From positions 194,258-258,257 of the forward strand of contig CAVVJQ010000003.1 in the NCBI GenBank assembly GCA_963748615.1: DNA of 64,000 nt. Reading direction: 5' to 3'. Both the position numbers and the translations under genes were made by a program. Shown here one piece after another: positions 9,709 through 19,504 of the stretch. The notes under the pieces were generated by a model. It was not told the DNA's origin, made no database searches, and was given only the letters and a program-made list of their open reading frames with translations. Source of the DNA: an uncultured Thermoplasmata archaeon (GTDB taxonomy: Archaea; Thermoplasmatota; Thermoplasmata; UBA10834). How positions within the stretch are numbered: the stretch's first letter is position 1; every line of letters starts with the position of its first letter.

Positions 9709-11547
9709 ATGAGGGTACTCCTCATTCACGCAGACAGCTTCCAATACGACGTAAAGGACCCGACGAAGATGGCCGAGAGACTTGCTGAAGGCCAGCCCAA
9801 AGGCCATTCGTTCGATGAACCCTTGGTGGTTTTCGCAACTGTCGAGTCCTCGGATGACAATGCTGAAGCGATAGCATCGGTCGCTGCAGATGATATTTCC
9901 GAGGTGTTCGGAAAAGTCGAGGCCAAACGCGTGGTCCTTTACCCATACGCACATCTGAGTTCGAACCTAGCGGCGCCGGACAAGGCAATTGACGTGCTGA
10001 AGGCCGTCGAGGCGGCCATAGCTGCAAAGGGTATCGATGTCCACAGGTCGCCTTTCGGATGGTACAAGGCGTTCAAGATCAGCTGCAAGGGTCACCCAAT
10101 GTCCGAGCTTTCGAGAGAGTTCTCGGGAGAGGGGAATGTCACACGTGAGGAAATCGTGGAAAAGATCAGGAGCGAGTTCCTCATCCTTACGCCGGAAGGA
10201 GAGGAGCACCGAATCGATTTCGAGAATATCGATTCCGCCCACATTCTTGACAAGTACCCGTCTCTGAAGACTTTCGTGATATCTGAGGAGGTCGGCCGGA
10301 CAAAGGGCGTCGAACCCCCATCGATCAAAGCTATGCAGAGACTGGAGCTCGTGGACTACGAGGAGGCGAGTGATCGAGGACATTTCAGGATGTTCCCGAA
10401 AGGGCACCTCATATTCAGCCTGCTCGAGAGCTGGGCAGAACAGATCGCTCTCGACAAAGTAGGCGCCATGCAGATCGATACACCTATCTTATACGACTGG
10501 TCGATGCCAGATATTCGGAGCCAAGGGATGTCGTTCCATGAGCGGCATTACACGCTTAAGACCGATGAGAAGAGGGAGTTCGTACTCAGATTCGCCGGTG
10601 ATTTCGGATTGTTCAGGATGATGAAGGGAGCGACTGTTAGCTACAAGAACCTCCCTCTGAGGATATACGAGTTCTCGAAGAGCTTCAGGCTGGAACAGAG
10701 AGGTGAGCTTACAGGGCTGAAACGTCTGAGAGCGTTCCACATGCCAGATATCCATTGTTTCGTCAAGGACATCGACGAGGGCTGGAAGGAGTACATGCTC
10801 CTGTACAGAAACTACGCGGACCTTGCTGATGGAACGGGTGTCGAATACGCGGTGGCGTTCCGTGTGGTGAAGGAGTTCTACGACAAGTACAAGAATCACA
10901 TAATCGAACTGCTGAAGTATTCTAAGAAACCCGCCCTGATCGAAGTGCTCTCAGAGATGAAGCACTACTGGGCGGTCAAGCACGAATTCCAGGGAATCGA
11001 TTCCGTCGGAGGGGCCGTACAGCTCAGCACGGTCCAATTGGACGTCGCAGATGCGGAGAGATATGGGATCGTGTACACAGATGCTGAGGGCAAAAAGAAG
11101 GGGTGCATCATATGCCATTCATCCATCGGCTCCATCGAGAGATGGATCTATGTGCTCCTTGAGGAGGCGCTCAAGCACGAAAAACCGAGCCTGCCATTCT
11201 GGCTCTCCCCGACCCAGGTAAGAATCCTACCCGTTGGCCAGGAGTTCGTTGAGGACTGCGAGAAGTTTGCCGATTCCATCCCCGGAAGAGTGGATATCGA
11301 CGATACGGACGATAAGGTCGGCAAGAAGATCAGGAACGCTGAGAGGGAGTGGATCCCGATCATAATCGTGCTCGGAGAGAAAGAGCGCGCATCAGAGAAG
11401 ATACCAGTCCGATTCCGATCCGGCGAGATGAAGGAGATGACGAAAGAGGAACTCGCGAAGGAGATCGAAAGGTTATCTGGCAGCTACCCGAAAGCGAGGC
11501 TGCCCCTTCCCAGGATGTTGTCCAAGAGACCTGTGTTCCGGGGCTGA
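9709..11547 (+). CDS. thrS: threonine--tRNA ligase, archaeal type with N-terminal editing domain
   Basis: MRVLLIHADSFQYDVKDPTK (archaeal ThrRS editing domain); class II core FRLEQRGELTGLKRLRAFHMPD, GIDSVGGAVQLSTVQLD; anticodon-binding C-terminus. ATG 9709 preferred over 9664. Confidence 0.9.
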   Translation: MRVLLIHADSFQYDVKDPTKMAERLAEGQPKGHSFDEPLVVFATVESSDDNAEAIASVAADDISEVFGKVEAKRVVLYPYAHLSSNLAAPDKAIDVLKAVEAAIAAKGIDVHRSPFGWYKAFKISCKGHPMSELSREFSGEGNVTREEIVEKIRSEFLILTPEGEEHRIDFENIDSAHILDKYPSLKTFVISEEVGRTKGVEPPSIKAMQRLELVDYEEASDRGHFRMFPKGHLIFSLLESWAEQIALDKVGAMQIDTPILYDWSMPDIRSQGMSFHERHYTLKTDEKREFVLRFAGDFGLFRMMKGATVSYKNLPLRIYEFSKSFRLEQRGELTGLKRLRAFHMPDIHCFVKDIDEGWKEYMLLYRNYADLADGTGVEYAVAFRVVKEFYDKYKNHIIELLKYSKKPALIEVLSEMKHYWAVKHEFQGIDSVGGAVQLSTVQLDVADAERYGIVYTDAEGKKKGCIICHSSIGSIERWIYVLLEEALKHEKPSLPFWLSPTQVRILPVGQEFVEDCEKFADSIPGRVDIDDTDDKVGKKIRNAEREWIPIIIVLGEKERASEKIPVRFRSGEMKEMTKEELAKEIERLSGSYPKARLPLPRMLSKRPVFRG

Positions 11548-11553
11548 CCAAGC

Positions 11554-12183
11554 TTACTTGTTGTCCTCATCGCCCCAGATGATCTTGTGCAGTTGAGGCA
11601 TGACGCGTGCGTCAAGACGGTCCTCGAGCACGATTTCCGCCAACCATTTGAGGTCCGTCCCTCCGACAGGGGTGATTATGATCTCACACGTGGGAGAGTA
11701 CTTTCGGATGACATCCTTTGCGTACGCATAATCGACCTCGTCAGAGATGATGAACTTCAGTTGATCCGAGGGGCCGAGCATCTCGATATTTGAGAATAAC
11801 ATCTTATCCGATTCACCTGACGACGGGCCTTTGATATCCATGCTGATAGTCAAGTTCTCGACACATGGGAGGTCGTCCAATGGCATAGCTCCGTTTGTCT
11901 CGAGCACCAGGTGATAGCCCTTGTTCAGGAGCGCCTCAACGAGTCGGATCGATTCGCTCTGGGCCAATGGCTCACCGCCTGTGAGACAGACGTGCGATGT
12001 CTTGTTCCTCTCCACATCATCCAGTATCGATTCGATAGTCATCTCCTCGCCTTTGTCGAAGGCCTGTGGAGTGTCACAGTATGTGCATCTGAGGGGGCAG
12101 CCGGAAGTCCTTATGAAGGTCGTTGGTGCGCCCATGGTTATTCCCTCGCCCTGTATCGACCTGAATATCGAGTACACTTTCAT
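11554..12183 (-). CDS. queE: 7-carboxy-7-deazaguanine synthase (radical SAM)
   Basis: SIQGEGITMGAPTTFIRTSGCPLRCTYCDTP; stop/start overlap with queC. Confidence 0.88.
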   Translation of the reverse strand: MKVYSIFRSIQGEGITMGAPTTFIRTSGCPLRCTYCDTPQAFDKGEEMTIESILDDVERNKTSHVCLTGGEPLAQSESIRLVEALLNKGYHLVLETNGAMPLDDLPCVENLTISMDIKGPSSGESDKMLFSNIEMLGPSDQLKFIISDEVDYAYAKDVIRKYSPTCEIIITPVGGTDLKWLAEIVLEDRLDARVMPQLHKIIWGDEDNK

Positions 12184-12866
12184 TCAATCACCTCATACTC
12201 CAACGGGTCCTTCAGACCGGCTTCCAAGAACCCCTGTAACCTCAGGATACAGGAATCGCACCTGCCACACGCCTTCTCATTGCCTTTGTAGCAGCTCCAA
12301 GTAACCTCGAGCGGCACGCCCAGCTTGGATGCGACGCGCACGATTTCCCCCTTCGACATCCTGATTATCGGGGCTTCGATCCTTATGCCACGACCATTCC
12401 TTCCGGCCTTCGTGCCAACATCGAGCATCCTCTGAAACGATTCGATGAACTCAGGGGTGCAATCAGGATATCCGCTAAAGTCAACCGCGTTTGCTGCGAT
12501 GAACACGTATTCTGCACCCATGCTCTCAGCTATGGACGCACCTATGCTGAGGAATATTATGTTCCTGGCCGGGACGTAAGTGTTCGGAATGCCTTTGGAC
12601 ATCTCATCAGGAGTCCTTCCCTCCGGTATCTTCTCGTCGCAAACGGTGAGTGTGCTGGACAGGAACTCCCCAATCGGGAGACTGATGATCAAATGATCAG
12701 AACATCCGAGTTGGGACGCGACCTTCCGAGCACTCTCAAGCTCTCGAACGTGCCTCTGACCATAATCGAAAGTCAATGCGATTACATCATGGCCCCGGTC
12801 CTTGGCTATCGCAAGAACCGTAGAGGAGTCGAGTCCACCTGAAAGCAAGACGACCGATTTCGTCAT
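12180..12866 (-). CDS. queC: 7-cyano-7-deazaguanine synthase
   Basis: VVLLSGGLDSSTVLAIA PP-loop and C-terminal Zn cysteines CYKGNEKACGRCDSC. Confidence 0.9.
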   Translation of the reverse strand: MTKSVVLLSGGLDSSTVLAIAKDRGHDVIALTFDYGQRHVRELESARKVASQLGCSDHLIISLPIGEFLSSTLTVCDEKIPEGRTPDEMSKGIPNTYVPARNIIFLSIGASIAESMGAEYVFIAANAVDFSGYPDCTPEFIESFQRMLDVGTKAGRNGRGIRIEAPIIRMSKGEIVRVASKLGVPLEVTWSCYKGNEKACGRCDSCILRLQGFLEAGLKDPLEYEVIE

Positions 12867-12884
12867 CTTCCATCACCGCCACAT

Positions 12885-13370
12885 TTACAGGTCGAGGCCT
12901 GTCCAAGCACCTTGACCTCTGCCCTCATCCACTCCGAGCTCCACACGCTTTACATTCGCAGGGAACTTCATCTTGCTCAACAAGGTCCTGAGGACGTATT
13001 CAGCCAACCCTTCGGCGGATGCCACCTCCAGGTCCAAGAACGCGCAGTCGACTTTTGGGAAACTGTAGTGCTTTCCGGAGGCAGCGTACTTCACAGTCTC
13101 ACCCGATATTTCGACCGATGGGTCATTCATCGGGATGAGGATCTTGTGGTCGAGCTCATGCGCCACACCCCTCAAGAATTCCTTCAGACTGATGAAATCC
13201 ACAATGACACCTCCAGCCCCTACCTCGCCAAAAATCGCTGCGTTTATGGCATAATCGTGTCCATGCAGGCGGCCGCACTTCTGATGCCCTGGAATGATAT
13301 GAGTCGCTGAGAACGTTATCTTCGAGCTCCAGCCGTTTATCTCAAGCCTCATCACGGTGGGATAGCTCAA
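12885..13370 (-). CDS. queD: 6-carboxy-5,6,7,8-tetrahydropterin synthase (PTPS family)
   Basis: FSATHIIPGHQKCGRLHGHDY...HELDHKIL. Confidence 0.85.
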   Translation of the reverse strand: MSYPTVMRLEINGWSSKITFSATHIIPGHQKCGRLHGHDYAINAAIFGEVGAGGVIVDFISLKEFLRGVAHELDHKILIPMNDPSVEISGETVKYAASGKHYSFPKVDCAFLDLEVASAEGLAEYVLRTLLSKMKFPANVKRVELGVDEGRGQGAWTGLDL

Positions 13371-13376
13371 GAGGCA

Positions 13377-14141
13377 TTATAAAAGTTTCAGGCCCGTGGC
13401 CAGCAGCACCGCGTCTGAGAAGTCAGATTTCGCCCTGGAAGTGTCTACGAAGATCGCACCGATATTGACGACTGGGGCGCCGAACGCCTCACAGCCACCT
13501 ACGAGGTGCAATGCCCGGAACATGAGATTGCCCGAAATCCCATCGGGAGGAACAACAATATCGCGCTTTTCGAGCGCCTCCTCCAATAGTATCGCATAAT
13601 GCTCAGCATCGACCCCTTCGGCTCTTAGAACTTTGACCATTTCGTCGCCTTCCGCGATGCTCCTCTTGATTTCATCGCCCCTATTGACGTCGTCCATGCG
13701 CCCTTTTGACAGAATGCCGACAGAGAGTGACCAGCCGATGCGCGAGAAATACTCAAGGGTGGCTCGAACAAGCGATATCTTAGAAAAAGCGTTCATTCCT
13801 TCATCTATTCCGACCGGTGTGAGCATAAAAGTGCGTCCATTCAAAGTGCGCATTATCGCCGTGCGCATGATCTCAGGCACATCGAATGAGGACTTCAGCT
13901 CCGACAACAAAGGCGATGATGGAAGGGTGCCACGGACCGCGGCATCGATTGTCTCCGATGACAGCGCATCGACTAGCTCTTTCGGCGAATCGAACCGCAC
14001 AAGTTCGATAGAACATGCCTTCGATGCTAGACGCTCTCTTGTGGATTCGAAAAGCTGCTCGGAGGCTCCGATCCCTATTCGGGCATGAGACTCGCATCCC
14101 CGCCTGAGAATGGCATCGATGTCTATCAGGAGCAGCACCAA
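13377..14141 (-). CDS. phosphate acyltransferase-fold protein (PTA/PTB-like; MtxX / methanogen-marker-4-like)
   Basis: VGILSKGR...PPDGISGNLMFRAL...APVVNIG...VDTSRA resembles the PTA/PTB/MtxX fold. The family call is tentative. Confidence 0.4.
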   Translation of the reverse strand: MVLLLIDIDAILRRGCESHARIGIGASEQLFESTRERLASKACSIELVRFDSPKELVDALSSETIDAAVRGTLPSSPLLSELKSSFDVPEIMRTAIMRTLNGRTFMLTPVGIDEGMNAFSKISLVRATLEYFSRIGWSLSVGILSKGRMDDVNRGDEIKRSIAEGDEMVKVLRAEGVDAEHYAILLEEALEKRDIVVPPDGISGNLMFRALHLVGGCEAFGAPVVNIGAIFVDTSRAKSDFSDAVLLATGLKLL

Positions 14142-14145
14142 CCAT

Positions 14146-15141
14146 TCAGAACTCGTCGTCGGTCATCTGGTCGAAGATGTAGTTATCCCACTCCCGTACC
14201 CCAAGGACGATCTCGAGCTCCTGAGGGGTCAGAAGTGGCTTGTCATACATGGCAACATCATCGATCGCGATCCTCGGGCATGCAGTGGACACATACGCAT
14301 CGAAGCCCAGCGATTTCAGCTTATCTGGATCGAACTTATCCATCATGATGAGCACTGCATCCCTCTTCTTCCACCGCAGGAGTTTACGAAGCTCGCGCGC
14401 GCGTCTGAGCCGACGCTGTCCTATCTTCTCACCTATGATTATCCCGAATGTACGTGCACGCTGAGCCTTCTCGATCACTGCGTGCCTCTGCCTCAGCATC
14501 CTGTCCTTTATCTGATCTATCTCCTGAGGCGCCTCGAGGTTTGGATCCAGTACCACCACTTTCTTGCCCGTTGCCAGATGTACGCCCAGCGCGTGGAACG
14601 TCCCAGATCCGATCAGGAGGTAGCTGTTGACATCATTCCCGATGGATAACGCAGATGTGTAATTGCACCCTAGCACTTCACCTGCATGAGATATCCTCGT
14701 ATCGCCTTCGCCCAGTTTGATCTTAAGGCCCAGGCTTTCCAGGCCCTCTATCACAGGCTCAAGGTCTGTCAGATGAGGGGTCGTCGCTAGGACTCCGACA
14801 GGTTCGGTCAGCATGTCCACGGATTTTTTTAGCTGATCTATCAATGGAACATTGGACCTTGCAGGAACGAAAATGACAGGCTTCGCATACTTGATAGACG
14901 GGATAGAGGAATGCCCCACATTGATAATGGCATCGACCAGATCGAATAGTGAGCTGGGCACATCGCAGGCTCCAAAGCAAGGCTCGGCAACAACGACGAC
15001 CTCGGCGCCCGATTTGTTCTCGATGTCTTCGGCATATTGATACGCCCTCCGCTTCAGCCCTTCGGGCACCTGCAGAGCGACGACTCTAACCTTCAGCCTC
15101 TTTATCTCGGATATCGCGCTGGCGAGGTCAACATCGTACAA
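14146..15141 (-). CDS. dph2: 2-(3-amino-3-carboxypropyl)histidine synthase (diphthamide synthesis, radical SAM-like)
   Basis: YDVDLASAISEIKRLKVRVVALQVPEGLK, EPCFGACD, GSGTFHALG; typical ~330-aa archaeal Dph2. Confidence 0.85.
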   Translation of the reverse strand: MYDVDLASAISEIKRLKVRVVALQVPEGLKRRAYQYAEDIENKSGAEVVVVAEPCFGACDVPSSLFDLVDAIINVGHSSIPSIKYAKPVIFVPARSNVPLIDQLKKSVDMLTEPVGVLATTPHLTDLEPVIEGLESLGLKIKLGEGDTRISHAGEVLGCNYTSALSIGNDVNSYLLIGSGTFHALGVHLATGKKVVVLDPNLEAPQEIDQIKDRMLRQRHAVIEKAQRARTFGIIIGEKIGQRRLRRARELRKLLRWKKRDAVLIMMDKFDPDKLKSLGFDAYVSTACPRIAIDDVAMYDKPLLTPQELEIVLGVREWDNYIFDQMTDDEF

Positions 15142-15267
15142 ACATCCTCACCCCATTCTTGACTCATACCTGTGCAAAGATCAAATCGCTCGGACCGATG
15201 CGCATTTAGGGGTACAGAGACCAACGGTAAAAAACATTGTGCGGAATTGGCACGGCTCAGATGATGA

Positions 15268-15783
15268 TCACTTGGCCGCGCCTGGGCCCTTCTCCACATC
15301 GAGATAGCATGGCGTAGGCAATTTGATGGCCGCTCTCTTCAACGCAAGCTTAGCGGTGATGAAGTGGTTCGCGGTAGTCTCGAGCGTGATGATCTCCTGG
15401 TCAGGCTGGATCCTTGCTGCGGTCCCTATAGGCTTCCCGAAAGCCGCTCGCATGCCTTCGGAGATACGGTCAGCTCCTGCACCGGTCGCAATCTTGTTCT
15501 CCCTGAGCACCTGGTGAGGATATACTCTGATCTTGAGGTGATAGCCAGTCGAACCGATCTTCTTCGCAAGCAACCTGTTGGCGGAGATACGCGCCGCCTC
15601 GAGCGCTATATGTCGGATCTGGCACTGTTCCACGGCCTTGAGCGTTATCCTCACAGGATAATCCGCCTTGACGCCGTGCTCGAACTGGGTGATTCTCGAT
15701 GCTGGAACGCCGCCCATGTACTCTCTGCGGCAGTAAGCCTGCCCTTTTATCTCTCTGTACATGCTTGCTGGCTTGCGTGACAT
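15268..15783 (-). CDS. rpl10e: 50S ribosomal protein L10e (uL16)
   Basis: [37 protein letters not shown]. Confidence 0.93.
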   Translation of the reverse strand: MSRKPASMYREIKGQAYCRREYMGGVPASRITQFEHGVKADYPVRITLKAVEQCQIRHIALEAARISANRLLAKKIGSTGYHLKIRVYPHQVLRENKIATGAGADRISEGMRAAFGKPIGTAARIQPDQEIITLETTANHFITAKLALKRAAIKLPTPCYLDVEKGPGAAK

Positions 15784-15946
15784 TATAACACCTGGTTCGA
15801 TTGTCCTATCAGGTTTGCGGGATAATGGTAGTCATATTTAAACCTCACTGATAGTGGCCGTTTGATTTACATGTCGTCCGATGGCTCTGGCACACGCGAA
15901 TCATCCGGATATGATTATCTAAGACTACTACCTTCCCACGTGTGAT

Positions 15947-16264
15947 ATGGCCCGAAGGCACCTTAGCAGGAATGATGCGAGAGGCATAGCTGAAGAGAGG
16001 GTCGATAGACTATTCGAACTCGCGGAAGAGGCGGGGCTCGCTGGAAATGATGAGAGGGCTCGAAGGTACGTGGGTCTGGCTCTGAAGATGAATGAGAGAC
16101 ACAAGGTCAGGGCAAGGCACAAGAGGAGGTATTGCCCAGCGTGCCACGTGTTCTTCACGCCCCCAAGGAACGTAAGAGTGAGGATCGGGTCGGGCAATGT
16201 TGCGATGACATGTCTCTCCTGCGGCAATGTACTCAGATACCCGCTAAAACCCAAGAAGGTCTAG
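15947..16264 (+). CDS. rnp4: RNase P protein component 4 (Rpp21/Rnp4)
   Basis: RRYVGLALKMNERHKVRARHKRRYCPACHVFFTPPRNVRVRI...MTCLSCGNVLRYP zinc ribbon. Confidence 0.88.
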   Translation: MARRHLSRNDARGIAEERVDRLFELAEEAGLAGNDERARRYVGLALKMNERHKVRARHKRRYCPACHVFFTPPRNVRVRIGSGNVAMTCLSCGNVLRYPLKPKKV

Positions 16265-16277
16265 GGAGCGTGATACG

Positions 16278-16535
16278 ATGGATAAGAAGACGATAAAGAA
16301 CATCAAAGGAAGAGCGCAGACACTGGAACCGTCGATCCACATCGGCAAGGAAGGGATCACGGAGAACATCGTAGCTGAGGTGTCCAAACAGCTCAAGAAA
16401 CATAAGATCGTCAAAGTGCGATTGCTCCAGAACATGGAGATGGACCGGCGTGAGGCCGGTGTTCGATTGGCCGAAGCCGCAGACGCGGTCATGATAGAAG
16501 TAAGGGGAAGAACTGTGGTTCTCGCGAAGAAATGA
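16278..16535 (+). CDS. YhbY-like CRM-domain RNA-binding protein
   Basis: IKGRAQTLEPSIHIGKEGITENIVAEVSKQLKKHKIVKVRLL. Confidence 0.85.
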   Translation: MDKKTIKNIKGRAQTLEPSIHIGKEGITENIVAEVSKQLKKHKIVKVRLLQNMEMDRREAGVRLAEAADAVMIEVRGRTVVLAKK

Positions 16536-16617
16536 GCCATGCCAGACTATTCAGCGCTGCTCACACTTTATATATGAACTAGGTCATTGACAAATGACCT
16601 GAACTCAGGTGATACGC

Positions 16618-17880
16618 ATGCTCGATGCCAGATTCATACGAGAGAACGAGGCCGCCGTCAGAAAATCGTTGAAGGACAGGAACTTCGGCGATTCCATACT
16701 GGAACAGTTCCTCGGTCTTGACGAGAAGTGGCGAGGACTCATCGAAGAGGGCAACGGCCTCAGACGCACGAGGAATGAAGTATCCGAGCAGATACCGAAA
16801 CTGGACAAAGAGAAAAAAGCGGCCAAGATAGCCGAGATGAAGGCCATCGCCCAGCGCATAAAGGAGATTGAGGATGATGTGCGCAAGATGGAGTCGGAAC
16901 GGGATGAACTCTTGCTCAACATGCCTAACATGCCGGACCCTAGTGTTCCAGTTGGCAAGAGCGCCGACGACAACCCCACCGTGAAGGAATGGGGAACCAT
17001 ACGCAAGTTCGATTTCAAGCCATTGCCCCATTGGGAGATCGGCGAGAAGCTGGGGATCATAGATTTCGACCGTGGGGTCAAGATCACAGGGACTGGATTC
17101 TATGTGTTGAAGGGAGATGGGGCTCGGCTTGAACGTGCGCTCATCAACTACATGCTGGACCTGCACAGGGATCAGGGATACATCGAGATCTTCCCGCCAG
17201 TCATAATCAACAGGAAGAGTTGCATTGGCACGGGTCAGCTTCCGAAGATGGAAGACGACATGTATTGGATAGAAAGGGATGATCTATGGCTCAATCCGAC
17301 CGCAGAGGTGCCCGTCACGAATCTATACAGAGATGAGATACTCGAGGGCAATGATCTCCCGATTTATCACACCGCATATCTCCCATCGTTCAGGAGGGAA
17401 GCCGGGAAGCATATCGAGACTAAGGGGATAGCGAGGGTCCACCAGTTCAACAAGGTGGAGATGGTGAAGTTCGTGGTCCCTGAGACTTCTCCGCAGGAGC
17501 TTGAGACCTTGCTCGCAGACGCAGAGGCGGTCGTCCAGGGATTGAAACTCCCATACAGGATCAAACTGCTCTGTACAGGCGATACCGGATTCCATTCATC
17601 GAAGACCTATGACATCGAGACATTCGCTTCAGGAATGGACCAGTGGTTGGAGGTCTCGTCATGCAGCGACTTCAAGGATTTCCAGGCCCGGAGGGCAATG
17701 ATAAAATTCAGAAGGGAGCCACATCTCAAGAGCGAGTTCGTCCACACGCTGAATGGTTCAGGCATAGCCCTTCCAAGGACGATGACAACCATCCTTGAGA
17801 ATTATCAGAACAAGGATGGCACGGTCACGGTTCCCGAGGTCCTCAGGCCATATATGAAGGGAACCGAAGTCATCGGATGA
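16618..17880 (+). CDS. serS: serine--tRNA ligase (bacterial-type)
   Basis: MLDARFIRENEAAVRKSLKDRN, coiled-coil arm, class II motifs FRREAGKH, RVHQFNKVEM, LNGSGIALPRT. AGGTGAT Shine-Dalgarno sits before ATG 16618. Confidence 0.92.
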   Translation: MLDARFIRENEAAVRKSLKDRNFGDSILEQFLGLDEKWRGLIEEGNGLRRTRNEVSEQIPKLDKEKKAAKIAEMKAIAQRIKEIEDDVRKMESERDELLLNMPNMPDPSVPVGKSADDNPTVKEWGTIRKFDFKPLPHWEIGEKLGIIDFDRGVKITGTGFYVLKGDGARLERALINYMLDLHRDQGYIEIFPPVIINRKSCIGTGQLPKMEDDMYWIERDDLWLNPTAEVPVTNLYRDEILEGNDLPIYHTAYLPSFRREAGKHIETKGIARVHQFNKVEMVKFVVPETSPQELETLLADAEAVVQGLKLPYRIKLLCTGDTGFHSSKTYDIETFASGMDQWLEVSSCSDFKDFQARRAMIKFRREPHLKSEFVHTLNGSGIALPRTMTTILENYQNKDGTVTVPEVLRPYMKGTEVIG

Positions 17881-18227
17881 CTGGATGCGCCCCGAGACAT
17901 CAGGTTGAGTACCGTTATTTCTCAATGCTGAGAATCAACCATGATTGTCACATCTCCACCTTTTATACTCCTCGCGTGGGCATATTGTACCATAAGAAGG
18001 AGAAGTTGAGTCAGATGATGAGAAAGGATGAGCGTTTCGCGCTCTTGGTCGGCAAGGCGTTCCTGCGGGAGATCCATGCAGGGCATAGAGACAACGCCAT
18101 AGCCTTCGGAAGGGCATTCCTCCTGTCACTGGGACACGCAGACCCAGAACCCAGTGAATACAATGGGGCCCTCGCGGATCGATCAAGCGGCGACTCCATG
18201 GCCACTGCAACGCACTAAGGCCACAGA

Positions 18228-19451
18228 TCAAATGCTTATAGGCTTGTGGCCACCGCGTCTTAATGTGCGCTTGAGTAGAGGCGGGGTCAACAAAGCCGTG
18301 ACCAGACCCATGAACACGACAACGGAGTAGAGATCCGCTCCGATAAGGCCCTTCGTGAGTCCGTAATATGCGATTATGAACGCTATCTCGAGCCTGGGCG
18401 TCATTCCGACACCGACCGAGATGGCATCCCATTTCTTCATTCCAGAGTAATACGCAGGTATAGCACATCCGACTATCTTGGAAGCGAACGCTACCGCTGT
18501 GAGGGCTATGCTGAGAAGGATCATATCCCACATGGAACCAAGGTTCACTGCTGTGCCCAATGATACGAAGAACAGTGGTACGAACAGCGCCTCCAGATAC
18601 TGCGTGCCCTTCCTGAATCCGTCCCTGAGGGCGGACCCGGAGAATGCCGTGCCCGCAACGAATGCACCGACGATCGCAGATATCTGAATTGCTTCTGCCA
18701 CGAATGCATACATGAAAGCGATGGCAAGCGCGAGTATGAATCCGCTCATGGGCATCTTCCGTCTGTAACCCGAGATCTGCACATTGAAGACCAATTTCGC
18801 AAGGAACTTCGACCCGATCCATGCACCAAGTACGACGAATAGGACGGCTGCGACCACCAGGATGGCGATCCCGATCATATCGAACTCTCCAGAGCCGAGG
18901 CTCTTGGAAATGCCCAGCACAACCATACCGAGTATGTCGTCCACCACCGCTGCGCCGACTATGGCATAAGCCACAGGAGTGCCGATCAGTCCCAACTCAG
19001 CAATCACGCTGGCGGTGACCGCGACGCTGGTTGCCACGAGCGTGGCCCCTATGAACACCGCCTCGATCTCGTACCCGAAAAGATACGCTGTGGCGAAGCC
19101 AGCCCCCCAAGGGACGATGACGCCGCCCAATGCAATCATTATGGATTTCCTGGTGTAGATTTCTTTGAGGTCGCATTCGAGACCTATCATGAACAACAGG
19201 ATGATGGCACCCATCTCGGCGAGCATCATGATAGATTCGGGGAGTCCGGATTCGCCATCCGCTCCTCCCTGGATGATGCTGAGCACGCTCGGACCAATGA
19301 TCACTCCGATCACGATGTAACCTATCACCTTCGGCTGGCCGAACCTGGTGAAGAGGAACGCTGCGACCAAGGCCACCGCTAGAAGGAAGGTGAGTTCGAA
19401 CCAGACATCCTCGAGTAGTCTGTCCAGCAGCGAGTTTATGAACGCGTCCAT
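18228..19451 (-). CDS. cation:proton antiporter, CPA2 (Kef/NapA-like), no KTN/RCK domain
   Basis: About 12 hydrophobic helices; GAAVVDDILGMVVLG and GAFVAGTAFS motifs typical of Na_H_Exchanger/CPA2. Confidence 0.8.
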   Translation of the reverse strand: MDAFINSLLDRLLEDVWFELTFLLAVALVAAFLFTRFGQPKVIGYIVIGVIIGPSVLSIIQGGADGESGLPESIMMLAEMGAIILLFMIGLECDLKEIYTRKSIMIALGGVIVPWGAGFATAYLFGYEIEAVFIGATLVATSVAVTASVIAELGLIGTPVAYAIVGAAVVDDILGMVVLGISKSLGSGEFDMIGIAILVVAAVLFVVLGAWIGSKFLAKLVFNVQISGYRRKMPMSGFILALAIAFMYAFVAEAIQISAIVGAFVAGTAFSGSALRDGFRKGTQYLEALFVPLFFVSLGTAVNLGSMWDMILLSIALTAVAFASKIVGCAIPAYYSGMKKWDAISVGVGMTPRLEIAFIIAYYGLTKGLIGADLYSVVVFMGLVTALLTPPLLKRTLRRGGHKPISI

Positions 19452-19504
19452 CTGTGACCGCGTCTCACATTACCCGGTGGCATTTAAGCCTTATGTGGGA
19501 CGCC

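Noticed and set aside
15142-15946. tRNA or other structured RNA genes in the spacers around rpl10e
   Set aside because: No cloverleaf-compatible sequence (acceptor stem, GTTCRANYC T-loop) appears there or in any other intergenic spacer I read. Only TATA-like boxes are present.
17935-18822. 295-aa minus-strand ORF rich in R/H/C/G
   Set aside because: It is an alternative frame of the CPA2-1 antiporter gene. The composition is typical of an out-of-frame read of a GC-rich membrane gene, and no motif is present.
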